A stretch of DNA of 64,000 bases from contig JBNZDD010013730.1 of assembly GCA_050575255.1 (NCBI GenBank), positions 1,474,559 to 1,538,558 on the forward strand, written 5' to 3'. Both the position numbers and the translations under genes were made by a program. The notes beneath the pieces were generated by a model. That model was not told the origin of the DNA. It worked only from the letters and a program-made list of their open reading frames with translations, and searched no databases. Of this stretch, positions 36,580 through 48,500 are shown in pieces. Source of the DNA: Harriotta raleighana. Its lineage: Eukaryota. Each line of letters opens with the position of its first letter. Position 1 is the first letter of the stretch.

Positions 36580-39500
36580 GTAAGAAAAGGTTGGGAGTTG
36601 CTCCAATAATGTTTGTTACACACACACACACGGACATAAGGTAACACACAGACACAGACAAGGACAGTCTTTCATTACCTGGGCTCTGCAGGTGAGCTGA
36701 AACATTGCCTCAATGACTTGGGGCTGGAGGTGGGGGGGAGTTGAAGGGGAGATACCTGGAGAAGTCACCCAACTTTTGGCTTGGAGACAGTGAGAGAGAA
36801 GGGGTGGGCGGGTGGGGGGGAGAGAAGAGAGAGAGAGAGAGAGAGAGGAGATTCTCATGGGGATCTATATACTGTAGAAAGTGGTTTCATTCCCCCCCCC
36901 CAGTGGACAAGCCACCTGGAACTGAAATCAGCCTGTCTTGTCTTTGCTCCCGGTTGTAACCCTCACACTCCTCCAGCCCGGTGTGGACTTTCATGGCTTT
37001 GTTAGTTTCCTGGTTTCCCGATGAGGGTCGCGGATTCCTCAGCGGTGAGAGCGCGCTCGACCCTTACGGCGAGAGACCTGGGTTCGGTTCCCGGCAGGTT
37101 CAAGGGAGAAACCTTGGGCGAGTTTGTTTTCCTTTGCTCCGCAAGCCTGATCACAATCCCTCACCAAAAGAAATAAAATGAATCGGGGCGTCATCTCAAT
37201 CCGCGACTGTTGTTGGGGGGGTGGGCGGGGGGGAGGGGGGGAAACGCTGCTGTGCGCAATTGGCTGCCGCGTTTCGCCTACCAAATATGCAGTCAGTTCA
37301 CTTTACAGTATATTCTGTGAAGCGCTTTTGGGGCGTCTAGAAAACGTGAAGTGCGCTGTATCAAACGCAAGGATTATTTTTTTTACTATCGTGCCCTTGA
37401 ACTAATCCCTCCCCCAACCTCAGGCTGACACAGAAATCACTGCCTGCTGATCACAAACTAGTTACTGTGCTTAGGGTTTTAGTGATAGCGGTGGTGGTGG
37501 GGTGGGGGGTGTGAGGGGGGGTGGAAGGAGTGGTGGAGGTATAGAGAGTGGGGACTAAAGAGAGTTCTTACAGTAAGTGGAGACTGTAATATATATAATT
37601 TAAATATAATATATTATAATATAATATATAATTATTATTTTTTATTATTATAACAATATAGACCAAAAATAGCCTTTGGGGCTGAAATGTTATTGTATGA
37701 ATCCAACATATCTGATCTGTGAGAAGAGCACTACATATACTATATATATATACATATCTATATACATATATATATACACACACACACGTAACTAGATGTT
37801 GTTGTTGAATGATTGTCGCCTCACTTCGCTGAAAGATCATGAGATGCCCAGCTTGTTAGGTTCACCTCTCCACACCTTGTCAAGAGACGACTCTGCTCAC
37901 AATGACCGAGACACAAAATTAGGGCTCCGTAAGGGCCCAACAATTCTGTGACACTCGAAGCATTTGTTTCAGGGTGTATTTGAATTTTTTTGTAACATAT
38001 TTATATGATGTACTGTATAAACCTTACCTGACTCACTCTTAACACTCTCTGCCTTCCACTCTTTGGAGCTCACATCCCACAGTTCCCTTCACTCGCTGCC
38101 TCCCTTGGATCCTTCAAAGCCCAACTCAAGACCCTCCATTTCGACCCTCTAACCTCTCTGCCACCTTCCCCCCACTGCCATCCCAACCCCCCCCCCCCCC
38201 CCCCACACCAACCCCCACACTCCTCCCCCCCCAGCCCTTCCCCGTGCTCACTTCCTGACCACTGACTGTTCAGAGCCTTGGGACTTCCTCCTGACGTGAA
38301 AGTGCAATTTTGTTTTTGTTGTTGAAGAAGTGTGAAATGTCTGAGGCTGATATAATCATAATAGTAATTACTGTATAATAATAACTATCATCATAATAAT
38401 ACTTGCATTTGATACAGCTCCTTAATCACTTCTTCGCGACGTCAGTCTCGAAATAATGCCCTAGAGTCTTGGGCCTTCCTCCCGATGTGAAAGGCGCTCT
38501 AGAAATGTAATTTTGTTGTTTTTGTGGTGATTGTAGAGGTGGGCAGTTTTGGTGACGGACTTTCATAGAATCATACAATCTTACAGCACAAAGGGAGGCC
38601 ATTCGACCCATCAAGTCTGTCCCGGCTCTTTAAAAAGAGCAATTTAATCCCACTCCCCAGCTCTCTCTCTCTCCCCGTAACCTCGCAAACCCGTCCTCCA
38701 TAAATAAATGTCCACCTCTCTTTTAAAAGTTGTTATCGAATCAGCCTCCACCACCTTTTCAGGCAATGCATTCCAGATTCGAACAACCCGCTGAGTGAAA
38801 ACCTCCCCTCTGCTTCATTTTGAAACTATTTTAAATCTGTGACCACGAGTCACTGATGCTCCCACCAGTGGAGACAGTTTTTCCCTATCTATTCTGTCGA
38901 ATGACCTTACAAATCTCCATTGGGTCTCCTCGCAACCTTCTCTGTTCCAATGAGAATAAACCTAGACTTTCCTCGTAGCTGAAGTCCCTCATTCCTGGTA
39001 CCATCCTGGTAAATCTCCTCTGCACCCTTTCCAATGCCTTAACATCCTTCCTAAAGTCTGGTGACCAGAATTGTTCACAGTACTCCAGCTTTGTTTCTTC
39101 GATTGGTTTTGCTTGCTGGATTGATTGTGTTTCTCGTCAGGTCCTGATATGTAAAAATTACATGGGTGATGTGGACATGAGTGAAATCGATCACTTCCTG
39201 CCCATACTGATGCAGCAGGAGGAGGATGGACCTGGTTCGCCAATCTTCACCCACGGACCTGTTCACTTCCTTTGGATAAGACACAGCAACCTGTATTGTA
39301 TCCTTTCCTATGTCAGCTCCGCTGGGAGAAACCATCCTGTAGCTCAGTGGTTAGAGCACTCACTCGCCTTACAAGTGTGAGACCTGTGTTCGAATCACAG
39401 GCAGGTCAGGGCGAGACTTTGGGTGAGTTTCCTTACTCCACACACGCACGCCTAATAATAATAATAATAATAATAATAATCCCTAAAAAAAAACAACACA

Positions 39501-42500
39501 ATAATAAAATTGATCATTTCAATCCACCACTCTCTGTGGGGCACGCTGCTGTGCGCAATTGGCTGCTGCGTTTCGCCCACAAAATAGACAGTCAATTCAC
39601 TTTACAGTGTACTCTGTGCAGCGCTTTGAGACACAGTCTAGAAGATGTGAAAAGCGCTGTGTCAAATTCAAGGATTAGTATTGTTACTATGGCAGGGAGT
39701 GGTGGAAGAGGGAGAGAGAGTCTCTGTGAGCTGATGCTCTATTCCACGCTTTGCTGTGGTGGGAACTCTGCTGTGCGACTGAATTTGGACACGTCCGTGA
39801 CGGGATAATTGAGAACATTTCTTAACAATGTGCCTCATTGCGTAAGATTTTTTCCTACATACGTACGTACGCACACATGGAACTCTCAGTCTGCTTTGGA
39901 CACGCTTAAGCCGGGGTGATGAGATGCATGTGTTATATCCCCCAGCTGACCAAAACAAAAAAGATTTTCATGTAATTCACGGTTTCTTTATTCACCCACA
40001 CACACATATAAAAGCCACGGATACATTGAAATTATTAGCATGCAGCTAACTAACAGCTGTTATGCCTCACTAAAGCTTAAGCCTCACATATTAAGTTGCT
40101 CATAAAAAAATAAGCGAAACAATATTTATGGCGTGCATTTTATTGAATGCCGTCTGAATGAATTTCGACGCAAAATAGCTTCCAAACATCCTTATTGATG
40201 AGCTGATTGAAGCAGTAACTTCATTGAGAGCAAATGAATTACTGTACAGTATTTATTCTTCGAATCGTTCGAAAGGCTTCGAGGGTAAACGGTATAGTTT
40301 CGGGATGACGAACACTGTTGAGGGAAGCCTAAACCTTCGGTTTAGAATTGCGATTGATTATTTTCTAAGGATTGTTTTCTTGAATCTAACCCACACAGTG
40401 GTGGCGGTGACAAAGAAAAATGGAAATGCAGCCTTAGTTTTTTCATTCTTGTACAAAATTATTCAGGTGAGTCTTTTCACTCATTTTCACATGTTCTCCA
40501 AACTTTTTCTGCTCACAATTCAATTACTCCCAAACCGAAAACTGCTTACTGATGTGCTCTTATTGAATCAGAGCTGGATCAGACTGTCTTCGTCTCCCTT
40601 CTCTCTCTCTCTCTCTCTCTCTCTTTGAACTACACTCCCCAGACTCATGGATTGACTTCGCTCATTTAGTCATAAAGTAATCCTTGCATTTGACAGAGCG
40701 CTTTTCACTCCTTCTAGACGCCTCAAAGCGCTTCCCAGAACATACCGCAAAGTGAAATATTTGTGGGCAGCCAATTGCGCATCGCGGGATCCCACAAACA
40801 GTCGTGGGTTGAGTGACCAAATGATTTTTTTTTTTAAAAAAGGATTATTATCACCAGAAAAGCGATCCGCCAATCTGTAGCTCGGTGGTTAGAGCACTCG
40901 CCTTTCAAGCGAGAGATCCGAGTTCGATGCCAGGCAGGACGAAACCTTGGGCGAGTTCCCTTACCCCACACGCCTGATAATAACCCCTCTAAAAAGAAAA
41001 CCAAGAAGAAATTGGTGATTTTCAATCCGCAACTGTGTTTTTGGGGTCACTGCTGTGCGCAATCGGCTGCTGTGTTTCGCCCTAGATATACAGTCAATTC
41101 ACTTTACAGTATATTCTGTGAAGTGACTTGAGTCGTCCGCCGCCATATCAAATGCAAGGATTCTTATCATTATTCTCATTATTCTCACCGCTGGATGAAC
41201 GGAGGATAACGTCATTGATGCTGCCTCACTGAGCAACGAGAAGAAATTCTGCTCCCAGAATGATAGCTCAACCCTATCTTTACAACAGTGAGAGGTGTGA
41301 CTGTACAAGGATACAGTCATTATTTTTTCCCCACACTTATTTCTCCCCTCGTTCTCTGAAGGCATTTTGCTCAATTTAATTTTCATTTCTGCGGAGTTCA
41401 GGGGTTAGTAACCCTGCGGTAACAACACCATTAAACTATTCGTGTGTCTGAGCCTTGGCAGTTGGCGTTGACAGGTTAATCCAGTCCGAGAGCCTCACAG
41501 TTCCCTGTCCTGTCTTCCGCGCGCAAAGTAATCACCCCAGCATTTTACGGCAGGACCTTCGGATTGAGTGGGAACTTTGGTTATTTGTTTCGCTCGCTCA
41601 CCTGAGATCCTCGCTCACCTGAGATCCTCTCTCACCTGAGGTACATCAGCCCTTCCTGCCCGACCTCGGAGCTCCCCTCTTCCTGGATGCCCTTAAAACG
41701 AAAAAAAAACACCACGTAAACATTTGTACCGTTTGCAGGTTTTCACTGAGTATTTCCAGGAGGTCGAAGAGGAAAGCATTCGGGATAACTTTGTCATTGT
41801 CTACGAGCTTTTGGACGAGGTGATGGATTACGGATTTCCGCAGACGACAGACAGTAAGATTCTGCAGGAGTAAGTGTCGATCGAGCGCACCCAAAAGGAT
41901 AGTTTCTTTTTAACCCAAGTAAAGAAACTCGCCCAGAGGTTTCACCCTGCCTGGAATGGAACCCGGGTCTCTCTCGCTTGTAAGGCGAGTGCTCTAACCA
42001 CTAATATAGATAGATGGATGTTATTATTATTATTATTATTATTATTATACAATGGAGAGCGAGGCAACCCTCCAAACATCCTCTCTTGTGCGCGATTGGC
42101 TTCAACGACGTTGAAAGCTCCTTTCGTTGGACAAATGTAACTCCCTCTCCCTTGGGACCTCCCTTCGCTGATACCATTGGCGATGCTGTTCACCCCGTGT
42201 GGGCCAACATTGCCCCCTGTTGGTGCGTCCCTAGCACAGCAACAACAAAACAGCGTCCCCAGAAAAGAGAGCGTGTAACAGTACTTACTGTCCATTCATA
42301 CCTCCCGGTAAAAAACACACACCCAGCCACTTTTAACCACCGTCACAGTTGTCACTACAGGCAGACACCTCCTCCTGGGTACCAACATACAGGTTTGTGA
42401 CCCCCCCCAACCCCCTACCCCCACCCCCAACCCCTCCCAACCCCCCCCATATACCTGCCTGTGTGCAATTCCTTAGTTCTTTACTTTAACGAGGGCGTAA

Positions 42501-45500
42501 TTCAGCGAACGGCTGCATAACTTGATGGATGAATCCCGTTTCTGTGAACGCCGCGGCGAAGTGCCATACGGTGTGTATGGTGTGCGCCCCCACAATCCCA
42601 GGCTCCAGCTCGGAGAACACCGGCCCCCATCACTCGAGGAAGCCCACCGATGGACAGTCAGTCGACTCCACCAGTATACTCTGTGGAGCGCTTTGAGGCT
42701 TCACTCTGGAAGACGTGAGGGACGCCTACATCCAATGCGAGGATGATTATTACAGTATTATGACTATTAAGCTCCCATCTCACGGTATCTCCCTACCCAG
42801 AGGAAGTTCTGTGTCCCACACTCACTGTGAGCAGCTATGTTTATGCCATGTTCGCCCCCCCCCACCCCCCCCATCCCTGCCACCCATACCCAGGATGCAG
42901 CTCTGTGCTTTTGACCCTCATATCCAACGTGTAATGTATTGTACAGACATTTGCCAGGGTAACGGTGTCTTACTAAACACTGAAGCTTGAGAAAAACTGG
43001 GCCTTTCTTGGGCCATGACTCTGGACTTGAACAAACAAACCCTCAAGGAAGCACGAAAACCCTCGCAAATCAACTTGCCCCTCGCCACGTCCAAATACCC
43101 GAAAGGGGCCTAATTCGCAAGTAATTACTGTCACGAGGATCGACTGGTTTATTTTATTTTTTTAAAAGCCAAGTGAAAACACAACGCAGTGTAGTCATCA
43201 TCGCTCTGCAGCTCGCGTGTCTCATTACCGTAAATCCGCGGCTTAAAAATTCCCATTCCTGTTCACTAGGCCGTGTTGAGAGAGTGGGATGGGGGGGGGG
43301 GGGGGGGGGGGGGGGAGGGGGTAAATCTCAGTAGCTGTTGTGCACCTGCTCCTCATTACAGCTCTTTTTGGACGAGTCGTCCCATAGGGTTGTCACCACC
43401 GCAGCAAACTGTAAACAATGTTATTTTCATCAAGTTCAATCAGCCCTTCGACATTCAGCAAATTGACACAAAGCACTGTTAGAAATGGTTTAAATTGCAG
43501 CTGTTTCACCCCAGTCGTCCCCNGTTTAACATCTCGATCACACGCACAGACAAATGGTTCCATTATTATTTGGCGTCTCCCCTCCAAATGATTTCCCCCC
43601 CCCCCCCACCTCCCCGATAGGAACATCTTTCTCTTGACTAAATTCTAAAGGCTGATGCTTGAACAGCGACTGACAGCTTGAGAAACTCTCCTGGGTATGG
43701 GATAGGAGGCCTCGAAACCCAGTGTACCTCAGATACGTTTCAAAAGTATAACATTTGCTCAGTGGTTAGAGCGCTCTCATCTGGCGAGCCAGAGGCCGCT
43801 GGCTTCGAGCCCCAGGCACCTTGGGCAAGTTTCCTTACTCCACACGCACACACGCAACAAACACACACGCACGCACACACACGCACACGCACGTGGCTAA
43901 TAATAATCCCTCCAAAAAAAAAAANGCTTCGAGCCCCAGGCACCTTGGGCAAGTTTCCTTACTCCACACGCACACACGCAACAAACACACACGCACGCAC
44001 ACACACGCACACGCGCGTGGCTAATAATAATCCCTCCAAAAAAATAATAAAATTGGTCATTTCAATCCGTGACTGTTTGTGGTGGGGGGGGGGCGGGGGG
44101 AGGGGGGACAGGGGGGACGTCGCTGTGTACAATTGGCTGCCGCGTTTCGCCCACAAATATACAGAACAGTCAAATTCACTTCACAGTATCGTTCCGGGAA
44201 ACCCTTTCGAGACGTCTAGGAAGACACGAAACGCTCTACATCAAACGCAAGGATTATGATTATTATGATGTTTCTTCTTCTGATGATGATTATTATTGAC
44301 GTGGATCTCCCATCTCAAATCGTTTCCCCAGATCACATTGCCGACAAGTGATTTGCAAGCGCAGTTTGTTGACGCTTGATCTCACAAAGAGTGTCTTGTC
44401 ACAAACTGCATCGCTCGTTTGCGGAGGTTAACGCGATGTTTCTGCCTTGTACCCAGGCCCGTAGCTGAAGGCGAGTTGATGTAATNGCTTGATCTCACAA
44501 AGAGTGTCTTGTCACAAACTGCATCGCTCGTTTGCGCAGTTAACGCGATGTTTCTGCCTTGTACCCAGGCCCGTAGCTGAAGGCGAGTTGACGTAAGCGG
44601 ATGCAATTTCGCCTGCCAAACAGCCCTGCCCACTTGCCCAGTTAACGACGCTTCCATTTTTTCCCCAAAACCCTCTCCCATCAGGTACATCATTCAACAG
44701 GGACACAAGCTGGAGATCGGAGCCCCGCGTCCCCCAGCCACCCTCACAAACGCAGTGTCGTGGCGATCGGAGGGTGTGAAGTACAGAAGGAACGAGGTTT
44801 TCATCGATTTGATCGAATCGGTCAATTTACTGGTGAGCGGGTTTTGCTTGTTGAAGGTGAGCGAGAGTTCGTGTCGCTTGGGGATTTAGCTGTCGAATCC
44901 CCCCCACATATCAGCGCTGTGTGTCTCTTAGCTCACCCAGGCATACAGCATTGTACGTGCTTCACGATAGCAGGCATAGCCTGGAACCTGGAGCCTCACA
45001 CTTTCAGCAGCTCTCAAAAAGAAATCTCGCGTTACTCCGACGGTATAAATATCGAGGGTAAATTGACGGTAATTAACGAGAATGCAGTACAGCCATCATT
45101 CTCGAAGCTTGTGTGTCCTCATTAACTGTGACTCACTCCACAGCTAAACATCTCTTTGCTGCTGTTTCACCTTCAATTTCAACAAGCCTTACAAGCTTAC
45201 GGCATCTGCTTGTCCCACTCCCCAGCTATAATTTTGCTACATGCATGGCAGGGGCGGGAAGGGGGGGGGAGAGAGAGAAAGAGTATTCAAATTAATGTAG
45301 CTACAATCTCCTCAAAAGATAGGCAGCGAAATTCTTCATTTGCAACGACGCTGCCTCTGTAGGCGTGTGCAATCCTCTGGTAGTTAGTGTCAGTGCGCGC
45401 GGAGAAAGAACTGGGAGTCAGGATTACATTCAATAGCGATGTCACAATATATCATTGCTTCACGTCCTTCTGGGGCGACGTCCACTCATTCGCTTGGTTT

Positions 45501-48500
45501 AAAGGAATTTGGCAACTTGATTCCACCGGAGTAAAAGCAATGTTTTTGCTGATCTAGGTGAGTGCGAGTGGCAGTGTCCTGAAGAGCGAGGTGGTCGGAA
45601 ATGTGAAGTTGAAGGTAATCCTGTCGGGAATGCCGGAATTGCGACTTGGACTCAATGACAAAGTGCTGTTTGAGATCTCCGGGCGTAAGTAACAGCCAGA
45701 ACGAATTTATTTCCATTTTTAACACTAGTCCTGAGAGAGATTGGATTGGATTGGGTGGGTACAGTGGATTTGAACGCGGCCTATTTTCGTGACTGGGTTT
45801 TCCTGGTGTGAACAGAGGCCGGTATGATCAAACAACTCAGCGGTGAGAGCACTCACCTCACAAGCGAGAGACCTGGGTTCGATTCCAGGCGGGTCTGGGC
45901 GAAACCTTGGGCGAGTTTCCTTCCTCCCCCGCGTCTGATGATAATCCCTCAAGGAAAGAAACAATAATAAATTGGTCAGTTCAATCCACGACTGTTTGTG
46001 GGACCCTGCTGTGTTTTGCCCTCAGGTATACAGTCAATTCACTCCACTGTATATTCCGTGAAGCGCTTTTGAGACGTCTAGAAGACGTGAGAAGCGTTAG
46101 ACCAAATGCAAGGATTATTAATATTAATATTATTATACAGTAGCAACAACTACTAATACAATTTCAGTCTCAGTCACAGAGAGCAATTATTTGCCAAGAA
46201 TGCGGAGGTCCCTAAAGTAATAGTCAGTGTGNAGTCTCAGTCACAGAGAGCAATTATTTGCCAAGAATGCGGAGGTCCCTAAAGCAACAGTCAGTGTGTC
46301 TCGGCTTCCACGATGCCTTGAACAGTTTTTTCTATCTTTCTTTCTTTCTTTTCATTCACAGGGGACAAGAGTAAATCTGTGGAGNAGCAATTATTTGCCA
46401 AGAATGCGGAGGTCCCTAAAGTAATAGTCAGTGTGTCTCGGCTTCCACGATGCCTTGAACAGTTTTTTCTATCTTTCTTTCTTTTCATTCACAGGGGACA
46501 AGAGTAAATCTGTGGAACTGGAAGACGTGAAGTTTCATCAATGCGTGCGTTTGTCTCGCTTTGAGAATGATCGAACTATTTCCTTCATTCCACCAGATGG
46601 AGAGTTTGAGCTGATGTCTTACCGGCTGTACACTCAGGTACTTGGCAGCCTCGGATGCCAAGTGGGTAAATCCGAGACGTAACTGAATGTGTATTAATAA
46701 TAAATCCTTATCATAATCTTTGCTGGGCACAATTCGCTTCTCTGTGCGCTTTAGGTGAAGAGCACTTTAGGGTAAATTGCTTTTCAGATCATTATTAGCT
46801 ATTAAAACAACTTGAAATAATTAACAAGTAGCGTTTTGCTCTCCTAGTCCAACACAGTCAACAGACAGTAAATTCCTGTGCAATATTCAGTGGGATGAGG
46901 AAGGTTGGCACATTGCGAGAGACGGAACGGACGCAAAGAATTATCGTTCGACTGGATTGCTTTCGCTCCAGCTCGAGTTTTCTAAATTAGATTAATTTTT
47001 TTTAAAGCCTGTGATGTCTCTGTCTCTGTCTGTAAAATGTCACATGAATATTCAACAACACCATCTGTTTTGCAGGTGAAGCCTTTAATATGGATCGAGT
47101 CAGTGATCGAGAAGTATTCGCACAGCCGAGTGGAAATGATGGTGAAAGTAGGCAATTCTGTAAACGCTAGCGCTAGCGGATATTTAGCGAATGCTTTAAA
47201 TTGTGCGTCACAGAAAAATCTGTTCCTTGCGGAGGGTGGGATGGGGGCAAAAAAAACGACCTTTCGTGACTTGCCCCGGTTTCGCTGAACCTGTCCTGTC
47301 TGTCTGTACGTAATGAATGCTTCCCTTTTGCGTCAAATTTCAACTTTCCTCTGTGTTTCAAAAACAACACGAACAAACAAACAAAACACGAATTCCTCTA
47401 AATTCAGGCGAAGAGTCAATTCAAACACCGCTCGACAGCAAACAACGTGGAGATCTGTGTTCCTGTCCCGAGCGACGCTGACACGCCCAAGTTCAAGACC
47501 AGCACGGGCAGCGCAAAATGGCTCCCGGAGAAAAGTGTGGTCATGTGGTCAATCAAGTCTTTCCCCGTGAGTAATCCAGCGGATCTACACCCTCCCGCCT
47601 GCTGTGGGGAACGCAGAACGCTGTCCAGCATCGTGTGTGGCACGTGTGACGCCCCGGAGAGCTGGTACCCTCTGTTTACACCCACCCACCCACCCCCTGG
47701 TTCCTCTCTCCTCACAAACGTTACCCGTTGCTTTCGCTCCACCGGGTCTGGCCTCCTCCTTGTCGTCGTCCGTCCCCCCCCGTCACCCCCCCCGTCCCCC
47801 GTCCCCCTCCACCCTGTGTGTCTGTGTGTGGGGTGGGGGGTGTGTGTGTGTGTGCATATGTGTATATGTGTGTGTGCGTATGCGTGTGTGGTGTGTGTGT
47901 GTATAGTGTGTGTGTGTGTGTGTACGTACACATGTACACACCCAGTGCCTTGGGATACCCTCCCCAGTGTGAAAGGCACTTTGCAAATGTAAATTTGTTG
48001 TTGCTGTTTGTGGATGAGGTAAGGTTGGCTTAGTCTGTCTACTGACTGGGAATGAATGCTTTACTGTGCTGTACAACTCTATATAAAGGCGGTTGTTGTT
48101 GTTGTTGTTTGTCGTTGTGGTTCTGCCTCTCACTTTTCTGTGCTTTCCTAGGGTGGAAAGGAGTATCTGATGCGAGCTCACTTTAATCTCCCGAGTGTGG
48201 AGGGTGACGTGGAGGCAAAGCGCCCGATTACTGTGAAGTTCGAAATCCCCTACTTCACAGTCTCCGGAATCCAGGTCTGCCCTCCCCTCGCCCGGACACA
48301 CAAACCCAACAGCAAACACTCAGCCCCTTTCAGCGAACACAACGCAAACACACAGTCAAATTCGCCCTCTGTGTATCTGTTCTGCGAAGGGCCTTTGAGA
48401 CGTCGGTCAGACGTGAAAAGCCTAAAGACGGGTCAAAATGCAAGGATTAGAATCATTACTATTGCTATTATGAAGGCTCGTTGACCCGGTAAATTTAGAA

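Noticed and set aside
46233-46384. Apparent duplicate or alternative AP-1 mu exon 7
   Set aside because: A truncated copy bounded by single n characters, consistent with an assembly artefact
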